Source of the DNA: Bdellovibrionota bacterium
GTDB taxonomy: Bacteria > Bdellovibrionota_G > JALEGL01 > DATDPG01
NCBI GenBank assembly: GCA_963668355.1
Contig: OY764265.1
Location: 1,088,001 to 1,152,000 of the forward strand
Direction: 5' to 3'
DNA length: 64,000 nt
Below the pieces are notes generated by a model that was given only the letters and a program-made list of their open reading frames with translations, was not told where the DNA came from and did no database searches. The position numbers were made by a program, and so were the translations under genes. Positions 42,117 to 54,612 of the stretch are shown here, one piece after another; the first letter of the stretch is position 1; every line of letters starts with the position of its first letter.

Positions 42117-42255
42117 GAAAAATTCCCCTGAGAAGGAACCCCGGAACGTAAACCAGAGTTTACATGCGCCTTCATTTCGCCCAGAGTCTCGGGGGAAAAC
42201 GCATGAAAGTGTTTGTTTTTAAAGTGTTTTTTTCTCATCCGCCCGCCGTGTTAAT

Positions 42256-42271
42256 CGGTACGCATATTGCT
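42256..42271 (+). promoter_or_regulatory. Putative sigma54 promoter
   Basis: CGGTACG-CATA-TTGCT with GG-N10-GC spacing. Confidence 0.5.
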
Positions 42272-42283
42272 AGTTTCTCTCCT

Positions 42284-42958
42284 GTGGCTATCTCCGTCGA
42301 ACATCCCGACCTTCCTTTTGGACATATTGCGCGAGCCCCACGGGTGAGCTTAGACGAGGCCGTCATGTTCAAACCGGATCGCCGGCAAAACCTCAAAGGC
42401 TTGGTCCGTGACATTAGCGCTTCGGGAGCGTATCTCGTCACCCCCGAAGAACTCCTCCCCGGCACGGAGATGATTCTTTACTTGCAGTTGCCCATACAGG
42501 GGAAGAAAAATCTTTGCATTGTTTCGGCTTCCATTGCCCGAACGGAGCGTCATGTTTCCGGACCCTTTCGAGGCTATGGGGTGGCTTTTGATGAAAAGCT
42601 TCCTCTCACCAGCCAAGAAGTTCTCCGCAACTTCATCACATTCAAAGAGACGGGGCTGATTTCAAAATCTTTCCCCTCGAAGGATCGCGCTGCGGCATCT
42701 CCCCAGAAAATTCAATTTTCCAGTCAGACCTTTCGAACCCCGGTGGAGTCCACCTTTAGCGAAATCGCTCGTCAAGACCGTTCTCTGGCCAGGCTGGAAA
42801 CTCATCGAAAACGGAAACAGAGAAATCGGGTCATTTTGTGGACCAGCATTGCGCTCTCCTTGCTCTTGGCCCTCTTTTCGTTTTTGCGATTTAACGAAAA
42901 CCGGTCGCTAGCCCAAGCCCCATCCCTCCAAAACGTCGAACAAGCTCAATTTTTCTGA
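42284..42958 (+). CDS. PilZ-domain membrane protein (start uncertain; ORF open from 42164)
   Basis: RAPRV...RDISASGAYL...YGVAF; C-terminal TM helix. Confidence 0.75.
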   Translation: MAISVEHPDLPFGHIARAPRVSLDEAVMFKPDRRQNLKGLVRDISASGAYLVTPEELLPGTEMILYLQLPIQGKKNLCIVSASIARTERHVSGPFRGYGVAFDEKLPLTSQEVLRNFITFKETGLISKSFPSKDRAAASPQKIQFSSQTFRTPVESTFSEIARQDRSLARLETHRKRKQRNRVILWTSIALSLLLALFSFLRFNENRSLAQAPSLQNVEQAQFF

Positions 42959-43030
42959 TTTTCGACGCTGCCCGATTCCTAAAACGGGAAACTTTAAGAT
43001 TGCCAGGATTATGATAGTTTTCCGCTATCC

Positions 43031-43570
43031 ATGGCCACAAAAGAAACATCCACCATGACCGAAGAGGAAATTGCTTTTTCGGAAATCATTGGTGATTTGA
43101 TTGAACAATGGGGATTCAAGCGCCATTTGGGAAGAGTTTGGGCTTTGCTGTATTTACGACCGGAGCCTTTGAATCCGAAGCAGATTCAACTCGAACTTTC
43201 TTTGAGTGCGGGAAGTGTAAACGCCCTTCTTTCTGAGCTTCAAACCTGGGGAGTCGCCAAGCGCGTACGAATCGCGGGAGATCGCCATTTTTATTTTGAG
43301 GCTGAAACCCATATTTGGAAATCCATCACGACGGTTCTTCAAATGAGAGAGTTTCGCATTTTGGATGAGGCCATGGCTGGATTGAAAGCCTTGGACCGCA
43401 CCTTAAAAAGAAGTCCTCAAAAAGACATGGCCAAATTTCAGCTCAAACGCATCGAACACGTTTCTTCCACAATTCAAACGGTTTATTCGCTATCTTCCAT
43501 TCTGCTTCAGGCTTCTCCGGACCGTCTTGAAAAAATTTCGCGTTTAATCAGCCGACTACGCATGATGTAA
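43031..43570 (+). CDS. GbsR/MarR-type transcriptional regulator
   Basis: [24 protein letters not shown]...L.EL.TWG, R..YFEAE. Confidence 0.85.
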   Translation: MATKETSTMTEEEIAFSEIIGDLIEQWGFKRHLGRVWALLYLRPEPLNPKQIQLELSLSAGSVNALLSELQTWGVAKRVRIAGDRHFYFEAETHIWKSITTVLQMREFRILDEAMAGLKALDRTLKRSPQKDMAKFQLKRIEHVSSTIQTVYSLSSILLQASPDRLEKISRLISRLRMM

Positions 43571-43984
43571 ATCGCAACGCGGCAATTCCCCCGTGTCTTT
43601 GAAGCGATAATAGTCGTCGAGAATTTGTTTGTGATCAAAGCATAAAATTTTGGGAATTTCCTCCCTGGAAAAAAACTTCGCTCCCTGTGCATCATCGGCC
43701 GCACACAACGTACCTTTTCCTTCCGCAACAAATGCCGTAGCCGTCGTGTGTCTTCTCGCATCCCGGCGGGGATCTGAGTAGGTCTTGAGCTGATATTTTA
43801 GCGTCACATCCAAAGAGGTCTCTTCTTTGGCTTCGCGTATCGCCGCTGCCTCTAAACTTTCCCCATAATCAACAAACCCTCCTGGCAAGGCCAATCCCAG
43901 AGGTTCGTATTTCCGTTGAATGAGAACAATTTTTTCGTTCATTTCAATGATGATATCGACGGTCGGATAAGGATGCTGTGCCAT
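43556..43984 (-). CDS. NUDIX hydrolase
   Basis: [34 protein letters not shown]. Confidence 0.93.
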   Translation of the reverse strand: MAQHPYPTVDIIIEMNEKIVLIQRKYEPLGLALPGGFVDYGESLEAAAIREAKEETSLDVTLKYQLKTYSDPRRDARRHTTATAFVAEGKGTLCAADDAQGAKFFSREEIPKILCFDHKQILDDYYRFKDTGELPRCDLHHA

Positions 43985-44112
43985 AGCTTCGAAATTCTAC
44001 ACGAGATCCCCCGAGAATAAAAAGCCACTCCGATGATTCAAGTAGGCGTTTCATTCTGCATGGAAAAAAGAAGGAGGTCTCTCCACCAAGTTCTGGACAA
44101 AACCAATACCTC

Positions 44113-44160
44113 GGGGGAGGGAACCTCCCCCCCGGACCTTCGGTCCGGCTCCCCCCCACA
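44113..44160. repeat. G/C-tract tandem hairpins (REP-like)
   Basis: GGGGGAGG-GAA-CCTCCCCC and CCGGACC-TTC-GGTCCGG. Confidence 0.55.
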
Positions 44161-44229
44161 TGGTTTTGCTCAGAACTTGGCGCTTCGACCTCCTTCTTTT
44201 TTTACTCTTTGTGAGGCCGGCTTCCATCA

Positions 44230-44359
44230 TTTGGAAAGGATTTTGTCTCGAGGTTTCGTTGCGACTGTGAAGGTGACCGATTCGTCTGGGGAACGTGAGG
44301 AAGGGGAAACGGAGCCGGAACCCGGAGCAACGAAACCTCGAGACAAAATTCTTTCCAAA
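44230..44359 (+). other. Structured intergenic element B (same family as element A)
   Basis: 33-bp inverted repeat (44230-62 / 44327-59) with a single G-T wobble; shares core motifs with 22092-22290. Confidence 0.75.
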
Positions 44360-44444
44360 CGTTTGTTCAAAGCTCTTTTTTTTGTTTATTCCTTCAATTG
44401 AAAAAGTCAGGACCTGTGTCGATATGTCGGTATAATCCCTTTTC

Positions 44445-46136
44445 TTGAATAAGTTTTTTTACATCTGTTTTTCGTTTCTTTTCCTGGTGGTGGGTTGCGC
44501 CGTAAAGCAACCGGTACTCGTGTACGAATCTCCATCTTTGGGTGACGGAGGCCGATTGTTAAGAGATTTGTATCGAAGTTTTTGGCTCCCTCCTGGAAGC
44601 GATGATGAAATTGTCCGAATCGGTTTGCAACCTGAAGTGGCCAAAGTCACATTTCGTACACGGCATGCCATGCGCATTCGCGCCATGTCCGAACACGCTT
44701 CCTGGGAAGTGGCCTCTCCACCCGATGTCGTCTGGGAAGTGCGCCCGCTCGCGGTAACTCGACCTGCGCACGTACGCTATTATGCGACCCTGGAATCTCG
44801 GCTCAAAAGCACGACAGATCGGCTCCCCAAGGAACTTCCTCGGCTTTGGAAGAGGCGCGGCTTTCCTTCCAGTCGTTGGATCGGTCCGCCATCCATGGAC
44901 ACCGAGATCAAACCCCATTTATTTGAACGCTGGTTTCTCTCCATCACGGCACCCACGTCAGAAGTCATCGCCAAAAATGCCTGTGCCAAGGTGCGTCGCG
45001 CCTGGAAGATTTCTTGCAAAGTCATTGCGCGAGCTGAGCTGCCTCAAGTGGGTCGGGGGTTACTCCAGGCCGTCAATGGAAATTTTTCCAAAGAGTTTGA
45101 CGGTCTTTTAGAACTCATTTCTCCGCGGGGGCCGATTGAAATTTTGGATCTGATTCCAGAAGAAATTCGAGATGAGTCTTCCAACGAACTGTTTGGACCT
45201 CGGCTCTTTGTGGTTCCTCTGACCAAAAAAGCGCTTTCCTTGGTTCAGTCCACCAGTTTTGGCAACTATTTAGAGGGCGTCGTTCCTGCCGAAACGTTTC
45301 CCAATGGGCCCGAGCATGCGCTGAAGGCTCAGGCGATCATTGCTCGAACCTATGCGCTTCGAAATGCTCACACAGAGTTTTCGTTTCGCCCGTTTCTTCT
45401 CTGCGCCTCAACACAATGTCAGGTATATCGTGGCGTGGAGTTCAAACAACCTGCCACTTCTCGAGCGGTTCAGCAAACGGCGAACCTGGTTTTGAGAGAT
45501 CAACAGGGAGAGTTGGCCGAGACTTTTTATCATTCGATCTGCGGCGGTCATACCGAGGCGCGATCCACCATTTGGGGAGGGAAGAACCGTCATTATCAAA
45601 AAGGAGTTTCTGATCAACTGCCAAACGCTCCGTTCGTTTCCCCCCAAAACACGGCCCAAGTCTCTCGCTACCTGACATCTCCTCCAACTTCTTACTGTGG
45701 GATCTCTCGTTTGACGAACCCCGAGCGGTGGCGATGGGAAAAATCTCTGGACCGAAGTGATCTGAAACGCATTCTTTCCAAAACTGGGCTTCGAGGTCCT
45801 CTTCAATCCCTTCGCGTGACGAAACGGGGCATTTCGGGAAGGGCGCTTGCCTTGGAGGTTCGTGCAGAAAATCGCCAAAAGATCATACGGGGAGAATATC
45901 GAATTCGGCTTTTGTTGGGCGGCCTCCTTTCAAGCCTTTTCACGCTCCAGCCGGAATTCGAGGGTGGCGAGCTGGTTCACCTCCTAATTCGTGGCGGAGG
46001 TTATGGGCATGGCGTCGGCCTTTGTCAAATGGGTGCCATTGGACGCGCGGAGATGGGTCAAAGTTTTAGCGAAATATTAGAGGCTTATTATCCAGGTACC
46101 GTGATTTCGCCTATCACTCAACTCAAGGTACACTAG
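44445..46136 (+). CDS. SpoIID/LytB-domain lipoprotein (putative lytic transglycosylase)
   Basis: Lipobox VVGC; YLEGVVPAE, ALKAQAIIARTYA, CQVYRG, G.GHGVGLCQ.GA, IL.AYYPG. Confidence 0.88.
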   Translation: MNKFFYICFSFLFLVVGCAVKQPVLVYESPSLGDGGRLLRDLYRSFWLPPGSDDEIVRIGLQPEVAKVTFRTRHAMRIRAMSEHASWEVASPPDVVWEVRPLAVTRPAHVRYYATLESRLKSTTDRLPKELPRLWKRRGFPSSRWIGPPSMDTEIKPHLFERWFLSITAPTSEVIAKNACAKVRRAWKISCKVIARAELPQVGRGLLQAVNGNFSKEFDGLLELISPRGPIEILDLIPEEIRDESSNELFGPRLFVVPLTKKALSLVQSTSFGNYLEGVVPAETFPNGPEHALKAQAIIARTYALRNAHTEFSFRPFLLCASTQCQVYRGVEFKQPATSRAVQQTANLVLRDQQGELAETFYHSICGGHTEARSTIWGGKNRHYQKGVSDQLPNAPFVSPQNTAQVSRYLTSPPTSYCGISRLTNPERWRWEKSLDRSDLKRILSKTGLRGPLQSLRVTKRGISGRALALEVRAENRQKIIRGEYRIRLLLGGLLSSLFTLQPEFEGGELVHLLIRGGGYGHGVGLCQMGAIGRAEMGQSFSEILEAYYPGTVISPITQLKVH

Positions 46137-46140
46137 GCTC

Positions 46141-46731
46141 ATGGCCCTCACGCAGTTTCAAAAAACCGAGGAAATCTCCGCTGACTTGGAGCGCCTGAGC
46201 AAAGATCTTGAAAAACTTCGCCTCTCCTATGATCAATACTTTCTTGGGCTTGAAAAGCGAGAACCCACGAAACTTCGCGAGTCCGTATTGAACCAAATCC
46301 GTCGATACGCGGGCTTGGCCATTCAAAATTCCCGTCTAAAGTTTCGATATCAACAAACGGTTGCTCGCTACAATAGCTTTTCCAACTATTGGGATCGAAT
46401 CTTGAGAGAGATTGAAGAGGGGCGTTACAAGCGGGATGTGTTCCGAGCAAACATCCATGAAAAAGAACGCTCACAACCCCAGTTCAAAGAAAAGAAGAAA
46501 AAGCGTGTGTCTCAGGGACAGGACGCAATTTCGCAACTCTTTGATAAGTATGTTGCCTCCAAAAAGCAAACCCAAGAATCAACCCAGGGACTGTCCGTGG
46601 AAAAATTTCGTCAATCCCTCCGAACCCAAGTGGAAACGATTAAAAAGAAAACCGGTGCTGAAAAAGTGCGTTTTCAGATCAAAGTTGAAGATGGAAAAAC
46701 GAAACTAAAGGCCATTCCTCAAAAGAAGTAA
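46141..46731 (+). CDS. Conserved coiled-coil protein (MXAN_5187 C-terminal-like)
   Basis: YDQYFLGLEKREP, W.RILREIEEG.Y.RD, V.F.IKVEDGK.KLKA. Confidence 0.65.
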   Translation: MALTQFQKTEEISADLERLSKDLEKLRLSYDQYFLGLEKREPTKLRESVLNQIRRYAGLAIQNSRLKFRYQQTVARYNSFSNYWDRILREIEEGRYKRDVFRANIHEKERSQPQFKEKKKKRVSQGQDAISQLFDKYVASKKQTQESTQGLSVEKFRQSLRTQVETIKKKTGAEKVRFQIKVEDGKTKLKAIPQKK

Positions 46732-46742
46732 TTTCCGCTTTC

Positions 46743-47897
46743 ATGAAAGATTTCTTTCAAGCTTTTTTCACACTCTTCGCGAAAACCACAACAAAGCTAA
46801 GTTTATTTCAATTCATCAAACGAAAAATGGTTCGTCTTTATGAATTGTACGGAGCTTACCTCCCAGCAACATTTTTCATCGGCGGTTTCGGTTTTGATGT
46901 GGCCACGCTGGGGCGCATTGATCACTGGGTCACCCTTTTTCAACAAGCACTTTTCCTTCTTCTCATCGGGGGATTGTTGGCTTTGGAAACAGCCTCCTCC
47001 TTCCAACCGGAAGACCGACCCTCTTGGGTGGTCAAAAGCGCTCCTTATCGAAGTGCTCTTTTGCATTTTCTTTTCGGAGGCTTGCTCAGTGCCTACACCA
47101 TTTTTTATTTCAAAAGCACCTCGACGTTGCCTTCCTTTTTTTTCATGGTTTTGCTCGTACTGCTTCTGGTTTTGAACGAACATTCTTTGCTTCAAAAAAG
47201 AGGCCTGGTCGTGAAATACGTTCTCTTTAGTTTGTGTCTCTTGTCTTATTTCACTTACCTTGTCCCCATTCTATGGGGAGGCATTGGAGGTTTGCCTTTT
47301 GTTGTCGCCCTTTTTACGAGCTTGCTTTTCATTCTACTCTTTTTGTGGTGCGCTGTTCCACAAAGGGACTGCGCGCCGTTGGCGCTTCGCCGATATTTTC
47401 TTTTTCCCTTGGGCGTTCATCTCATCTTTTGTGCGTTTTACTTTTTAACTTGGCTTCCTCCCGTTCCGTTGTCTCTTCAATTTGCCGGGGTTTATCAAGA
47501 AGTCTCGCGGAAAGGAGATGTCTTCGAACTGAAATATGATCGCCCTTGGTGGCGTTTTTGGGAAAGAGGAGCCCAAACGTTTCTTGCCCGCGATGGCGAC
47601 CGGGTACATTGTTTCGCTCGAATTTTTTCCCCGACCGGTATGAAGGACCGCATCACCGCCCATTGGATGCACAAAGTCCCCCAACACGGCTGGCAAACCA
47701 CAGACCGAATTCCCATTGAAGTATCTGGTGGACGTCAAGAAGGCTTTCGAGGCCTTACCTACAAAAACAATTACGAACCTGGGTATTGGCGCGTTCTGTT
47801 TGAAACCTCAGACGGAAGGGAGCTCGGTCGGATTTACTTCACCATTGAAAACGACGACGAGAAAACGGAGCGAACGTTTAACGTCGATCAAGCTTAA
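46743..47897 (+). CDS. DUF2914-domain membrane protein
   Basis: FF.GGF.FD..TLGRID, TM block, then GGR.EGFRG.TYK...PG.WRV. Confidence 0.7.
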   Translation: MKDFFQAFFTLFAKTTTKLSLFQFIKRKMVRLYELYGAYLPATFFIGGFGFDVATLGRIDHWVTLFQQALFLLLIGGLLALETASSFQPEDRPSWVVKSAPYRSALLHFLFGGLLSAYTIFYFKSTSTLPSFFFMVLLVLLLVLNEHSLLQKRGLVVKYVLFSLCLLSYFTYLVPILWGGIGGLPFVVALFTSLLFILLFLWCAVPQRDCAPLALRRYFLFPLGVHLIFCAFYFLTWLPPVPLSLQFAGVYQEVSRKGDVFELKYDRPWWRFWERGAQTFLARDGDRVHCFARIFSPTGMKDRITAHWMHKVPQHGWQTTDRIPIEVSGGRQEGFRGLTYKNNYEPGYWRVLFETSDGRELGRIYFTIENDDEKTERTFNVDQA

Positions 47898-48289
47898 AGC
47901 GCCGCGTTTTTCAAACACGCTTGAAGCCAGGAGCGTTCACGATAGAGCGCATCTCGTTCTTCCAGTTTTAAAGAAGTTTTTTTCAAGGCCTCTTCAATCT
48001 CGGTTTGACGGCGTTGGACTTGCTCGGTTTCAATGTCTTTGGGCTCCAGAGCCTCATCGACCAAGATCGAGACTTGATCATCGATGACTTGGACAAACCC
48101 GCCGCGCACCAAGACCTTTTTTTCCGAGGATCCACGCGTATGAACCACACCTTGTCCCATCAAGCCCACATAAGGCGCATGCCCCGGAAACACACCCAAA
48201 GCCCCGTCCTCTCCAGGGAGGTTCACGGAATCACAGGTCATTTGAAAAACCTGTTTTGAGGGCGTAACCAAGCTAACGTTTAGAGGCAT
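47894..48289 (-). CDS. atpC: ATP synthase epsilon
   Basis: LVTP, LPG.DG.LGVFPGHAP, GGFVQV. Confidence 0.93.
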   Translation of the reverse strand: MPLNVSLVTPSKQVFQMTCDSVNLPGEDGALGVFPGHAPYVGLMGQGVVHTRGSSEKKVLVRGGFVQVIDDQVSILVDEALEPKDIETEQVQRRQTEIEEALKKTSLKLEERDALYRERSWLQACLKNAAL

Positions 48290-50597
<2,308 letters not shown>

Positions 50598-52115
50598 CTA
50601 TTTTGTCTTCGGAGAAAAGCCGGCTTTAAACTCTCCCAAAATCTTATCGAGTGTTTCTTTGATTTCATCCGTCAGCGTTTTTTCCTCGCGGATTCTCCTA
50701 AGAATTTCTGGATGCTGGCTATCAACAAATTGAATCAATTCTTTTTCGAATTGTCCCAGGGCCCACACTTCTTGATCATCCACATGACCGTTGACCGCGG
50801 TATAAATGATCAATACCTGGTGCTCCACCGAACAAGGAACGTATTGTCCTTGTTTGAGCATTTCGACCATTCGTTCCCCTCGAGCCAATTGTCTTTGGGT
50901 AGAGGCATCCAAGTCGGAGGCAAACTGCGAAAAAGCGGCCAACTCCCGGTACTGCGCCAACTCCAAGCGCAACCGACCGGCAATTTGTTTCATCGCTTTG
51001 ATTTGAGCATTTCCACCCACGCGAGAAACCGAGATCCCAACATTGATGGCGGGTCGCACACCCGCATAAAAAAGATCCGCTTCTAAATAAATCTGTCCGT
51101 CGGTGATCGAAATGACGTTGGTTGGAATGTATGCCGAAACATCCCCTGCCTGGGTCTCAATAATCGGCAATGCGGTCAGGGATCCACCTCCGCGAGCCTC
51201 GCTCATCTTGGCAGCCCGTTCCAGAAGTCTGGAGTGGAGGTAGAAAACATCTCCAGGAAAGGCTTCCCGTCCTGGGGGTCGACGAAGCAAAAGAGATAAC
51301 TGTCGATAGGCAACCGCGTGCTTTGAAAGGTCATCGTAAATGATCAGCGCATGTTCCCCGTGATCACGAAATTGCTCGCCAATGGTGACCCCGGCATACG
51401 GAGCCAAAAACTGCATCGGCGCGGACTCAGATGCGGTCGCAGCCACAACCGTCGTGTATTCCATGGCTCCAAAACGATCCAGCCTGTCCACGACCTGAGC
51501 GACGGTGGATTGCTTCTGACCAATGGCTACGTAAATGCATTTCACGCCCGTGTCTTTTTGGTTGATGATCGTGTCAATGGCCAGGGCGGTTTTTCCGGTT
51601 TGACGGTCACCAATGATGAGTTCTCGTTGACCCCGACCAATGGGAACCATGGAGTCAATGGCTTTTAATCCTGTTTGAAGAGGTTCTTTGACAGGTTGTC
51701 GATCTACGATTCCAGGAGCCTTCACTTCCACGCGCCTGCGAAGATCGGTTTTAATGTCTCCCCGGCCATCAATGGGATGGCCCAGAGCATTCACCACACG
51801 TCCGAGCAATTCGTCTCCCACAGGAACCTCGGCAATGCGGCCTGTTCGTTTCACCATATCGCCTTCCCGAATGAGAACATCGTCACCCAAAAGAGCGGCA
51901 CCCACATTATTTTCTTCCAAGTTCAAAACGATTCCAAAAACATCTTGGGGAAAGCTCAGCAATTCTCCCGCCATCGCATTGTCCAAACCGTAAATGCGTG
52001 CGATGCCATCCCCAACCGACAAAACGGTACCGGTCTCGGACATTTCCATCCGCTTTTCATAGCCCTTGACTTGGGTTCGAATCATTTGCGTAATTTCTTC
52101 AGCTCTAATTCCCAT
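50598..52115 (-). CDS. atpA: ATP synthase alpha
   Basis: [20 protein letters not shown]. Confidence 0.99.
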   Translation of the reverse strand: MGIRAEEITQMIRTQVKGYEKRMEMSETGTVLSVGDGIARIYGLDNAMAGELLSFPQDVFGIVLNLEENNVGAALLGDDVLIREGDMVKRTGRIAEVPVGDELLGRVVNALGHPIDGRGDIKTDLRRRVEVKAPGIVDRQPVKEPLQTGLKAIDSMVPIGRGQRELIIGDRQTGKTALAIDTIINQKDTGVKCIYVAIGQKQSTVAQVVDRLDRFGAMEYTTVVAATASESAPMQFLAPYAGVTIGEQFRDHGEHALIIYDDLSKHAVAYRQLSLLLRRPPGREAFPGDVFYLHSRLLERAAKMSEARGGGSLTALPIIETQAGDVSAYIPTNVISITDGQIYLEADLFYAGVRPAINVGISVSRVGGNAQIKAMKQIAGRLRLELAQYRELAAFSQFASDLDASTQRQLARGERMVEMLKQGQYVPCSVEHQVLIIYTAVNGHVDDQEVWALGQFEKELIQFVDSQHPEILRRIREEKTLTDEIKETLDKILGEFKAGFSPKTK

Positions 52116-52657
52116 CACAACTCCTGCTGTAAACGGTTTAAAAATCCCTGAATGGAGGCGTCATAAACAACACTTCCGACATGCGCGACAACCCCGCCGA
52201 TGAGTTCCCGATCTTCTTCCACCTCTAATAAAACTTTTTTCCCGGTCGCTTTTTCAAGAGCCACACTAAGTTGGTTAATCTCTTTTTCCGAAAGCGGGTA
52301 AGCGCTTCGAACTTTCCCTTGAATCTGGTTTCTTCGTTCGAAAAGTTCTTCTTCGAAAGCCTTCGCGATCTCTTCCGTGAATTTCATGTGCCCCAAGGAA
52401 ACCACCAGCTCAAAAAATCGCTCGAGCTCTTTTCCGGCTCCCACCTTCTTAAGCATCTCTCTTAAAACCGTTTGTTTTTCTTCAAGGGTGAAGGTCGGGT
52501 TTTCAAAAAATTCTTTGGCCTCCCCCTGAATCATCGCCCCTAAACGTTCAAGGCGTTTTAAGTTTTCTTCGAGTTTGGGGTCTTCAACATTCTCCCCCAA
52601 GACATCCAACAAGCCTTTTGCATATCGCACCGTATAGTTCTCGGTAGCCTTACCCAT
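52115..52657 (-). CDS. atpH: ATP synthase delta
   Basis: RYAKGL, SAYPLS, LIGGVV.HVG..VYDASI. Confidence 0.93.
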   Translation of the reverse strand: MGKATENYTVRYAKGLLDVLGENVEDPKLEENLKRLERLGAMIQGEAKEFFENPTFTLEEKQTVLREMLKKVGAGKELERFFELVVSLGHMKFTEEIAKAFEEELFERRNQIQGKVRSAYPLSEKEINQLSVALEKATGKKVLLEVEEDRELIGGVVAHVGSVVYDASIQGFLNRLQQEL

Positions 52658-53198
52658 GTTGTGTCTCCAAATGGCGAATCAACTCTTGAACAAAGGCTTG
52701 GTGGTCGGCTTGTGTGGCTTTGTTTTTTAACATCTTTGCCGCTTCGACCGAGGCCCCGGAAAGGGTTTTTTGCTCTAGCTTTCGAATCAAGCGGCCTTTT
52801 TCTTTTTCGGCAGCAATGATCGCGTCCTCGCGAATTTTTTCGGCCAGGCGTTCGGCGCGATCCAGGATTTTTTTGCGCTCTTGTTCGCCCATTTTCCGCG
52901 CCTCGTTTAAAATTTTATCAACTTCCTCGTCCAAGGAGGATAGCTTTTGCTGGTATTTCGTTTTGAGTTCTTCCGCCTCCAACCGAACCGCTTCGGCTTT
53001 GGCCACTTCTTCTTTCACCCCTTCATGCCGAGTCTTCAAATAGACCCCAATCGGCTTGCGCAACGCGAACGCCAACAATCCCATTAACAAAAGAAAATTA
53101 AACACCGGCCAAAACGCCAGTCCGGTTTCTCCCCCAGCCGCTTCGGCGGTTCCCAACCACCCAACAATCGTTAGAGCAAGAAGTGTGTTTTGAATCAT
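52650..53198 (-). CDS. atpF: ATP synthase subunit b
   Basis: NFLLL..LL....KPI..YL..R followed by coiled coil; operon position. Confidence 0.88.
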   Translation of the reverse strand: MIQNTLLALTIVGWLGTAEAAGGETGLAFWPVFNFLLLMGLLAFALRKPIGVYLKTRHEGVKEEVAKAEAVRLEAEELKTKYQQKLSSLDEEVDKILNEARKMGEQERKKILDRAERLAEKIREDAIIAAEKEKGRLIRKLEQKTLSGASVEAAKMLKNKATQADHQAFVQELIRHLETQHG

Positions 53199-53764
53199 GA
53201 TCCTTTTTTCGCCTCCAACGCAACCAACCGAGGCGTGCCCCCGCCAGAGGGTTTTGAGGTATTTAAAACTTGGGACAGAATTTCTTCCGCGAGTGTGGCT
53301 TGGGCTTCCTTCAATTGTTTTTCAGCAGCCGCTTCTTCCGCTTCCAATTCATCCAAGGACTTCTTCAACGAACGTTTTCCTTCGCCCTTGGCTCTCGCAA
53401 GCATCTCTTTTTCTTCGCTCTCGGCGGCCAGAGCCATCTGTTCTCGCTCTAAGACACTTCGTTGTCGAATTTCTTCCAATTTTTTTCTGTAGTCTTCCGC
53501 AAATTCGTTGGCCTTTTCCCGCGTGGCTTCCGCTCGCTCGGTTTTATGAATGGTCTGCTCTTCTCTCTCCTCTAGGGTTTTCAAATAGGGAATGAATAAT
53601 CCCTTCTGCAAAACCCATAAAAGACCTAAGAATAAAAACCCCTGCCACAAATACCCGGACGGTTCGGGAAGACCCACGGCTCCCCAAAACTCAATGCCTT
53701 TGAGCAAAAAAACCACGGCGGCGAAAAGAATCGCCAACATGAAAATGTATCCTGTGCGCAACAT
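53195..53764 (-). CDS. ATP synthase subunit b'
   Basis: Q..LFL.LLWVL...LF.PY..TLEERE followed by coiled coil; upstream of atpF. Confidence 0.82.
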   Translation of the reverse strand: MLRTGYIFMLAILFAAVVFLLKGIEFWGAVGLPEPSGYLWQGFLFLGLLWVLQKGLFIPYLKTLEEREEQTIHKTERAEATREKANEFAEDYRKKLEEIRQRSVLEREQMALAAESEEKEMLARAKGEGKRSLKKSLDELEAEEAAAEKQLKEAQATLAEEILSQVLNTSKPSGGGTPRLVALEAKKGS

Positions 53765-53777
53765 CTATGCTGAGGCT

Positions 53778-54251
53778 TTAGGCGTGGGCATCGCCTCCGC
53801 GCTTGTTTTCACTGCTGTTGCTGCTTGGGGATGATGTTTCTTTCTTGATCGGCTGAGGTGTGGCCGTCTTGTGACCGGTTTTTTCCATGATGCAGCTTCC
53901 TTCGAAAGTCACACCGTCTTCGATCACCAAAGAGGCCGTTTGAAGATTGCCTTGCACAACCGCTGGAGCGTGAAGTTCAATTTTATTTTTGGCCGTGATG
54001 TTTCCTTTGACTTCCCCACTCACAGAAATGGAGCCAACCTGAATGTCGGCGTCGACTTTTCCGCTTTCACCTACAACGAGCATGGCGTCGCTTTTAATTT
54101 CTCCCTTAAAGCGCCCGTCAATTCGAACCGTTCCTTCAAACGTAAGCTTTCCTTCAAACTCACTTCCTCGATCCAAAATGGCATTGAAGCCACCGGATGC
54201 CGTTGGAGTTGTCGAAGCAGAAGTCGGTACGTCGCCTTTTAATAGTCCCAT
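53778..54251 (-). CDS. Bactofilin (polymer-forming cytoskeletal protein)
   Basis: GSEFEGKLTFEGTVRIDGRFKGEI, V.GNI.A, LVIEDGVTFEGSCIM; AAGGAG RBS before ATG 54251. Confidence 0.92.
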   Translation of the reverse strand: MGLLKGDVPTSASTTPTASGGFNAILDRGSEFEGKLTFEGTVRIDGRFKGEIKSDAMLVVGESGKVDADIQVGSISVSGEVKGNITAKNKIELHAPAVVQGNLQTASLVIEDGVTFEGSCIMEKTGHKTATPQPIKKETSSPSSNSSENKRGGDAHA

Positions 54252-54422
54252 GTTGATCTCCTTAAGTCGAAGTATGCCCCGCAACGGCCTTTCTGCATTC
54301 GCCCGATTTTCAAACTCCATACTGTCGGCAAAAATGACCGCGGGTCGGCTGTAGGTAATGAATTGAGGTGAAACTGTCAAGCGTTGGCTCAACAAGAATT
54401 ATTTACTAAGTATTCGAAATCA

Positions 54423-54580
54423 TGGGGGAGGGTTCCGGCCCCTTCAAACCGGCTGGCTGCGGCGTGCGCCCCCCCAACTCGTCTTCCGCCCGCCCTTTTC
54501 GGGCCGATGGAAGGCCACCTTTAAAAACGTGGGCCCTTCATTAAACCGCTCGGGTTCACGAAACCGGCTTTGCCTGAACA
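54423..54580. other. GC-rich multi-hairpin intergenic region between parB and bactofilin
   Basis: Several short stems; AAACCGGCT repeated at 54446 and 54561. Confidence 0.4.
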
Positions 54581-54612
54581 TCTAACCTCTTGAAACTGTT
54601 GTTCTTTTTGCT

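Noticed and set aside
44033..44401. 122-aa ORF across element B
   Set aside because: It is built from palindromes, has no RBS and shows no protein-like motifs.
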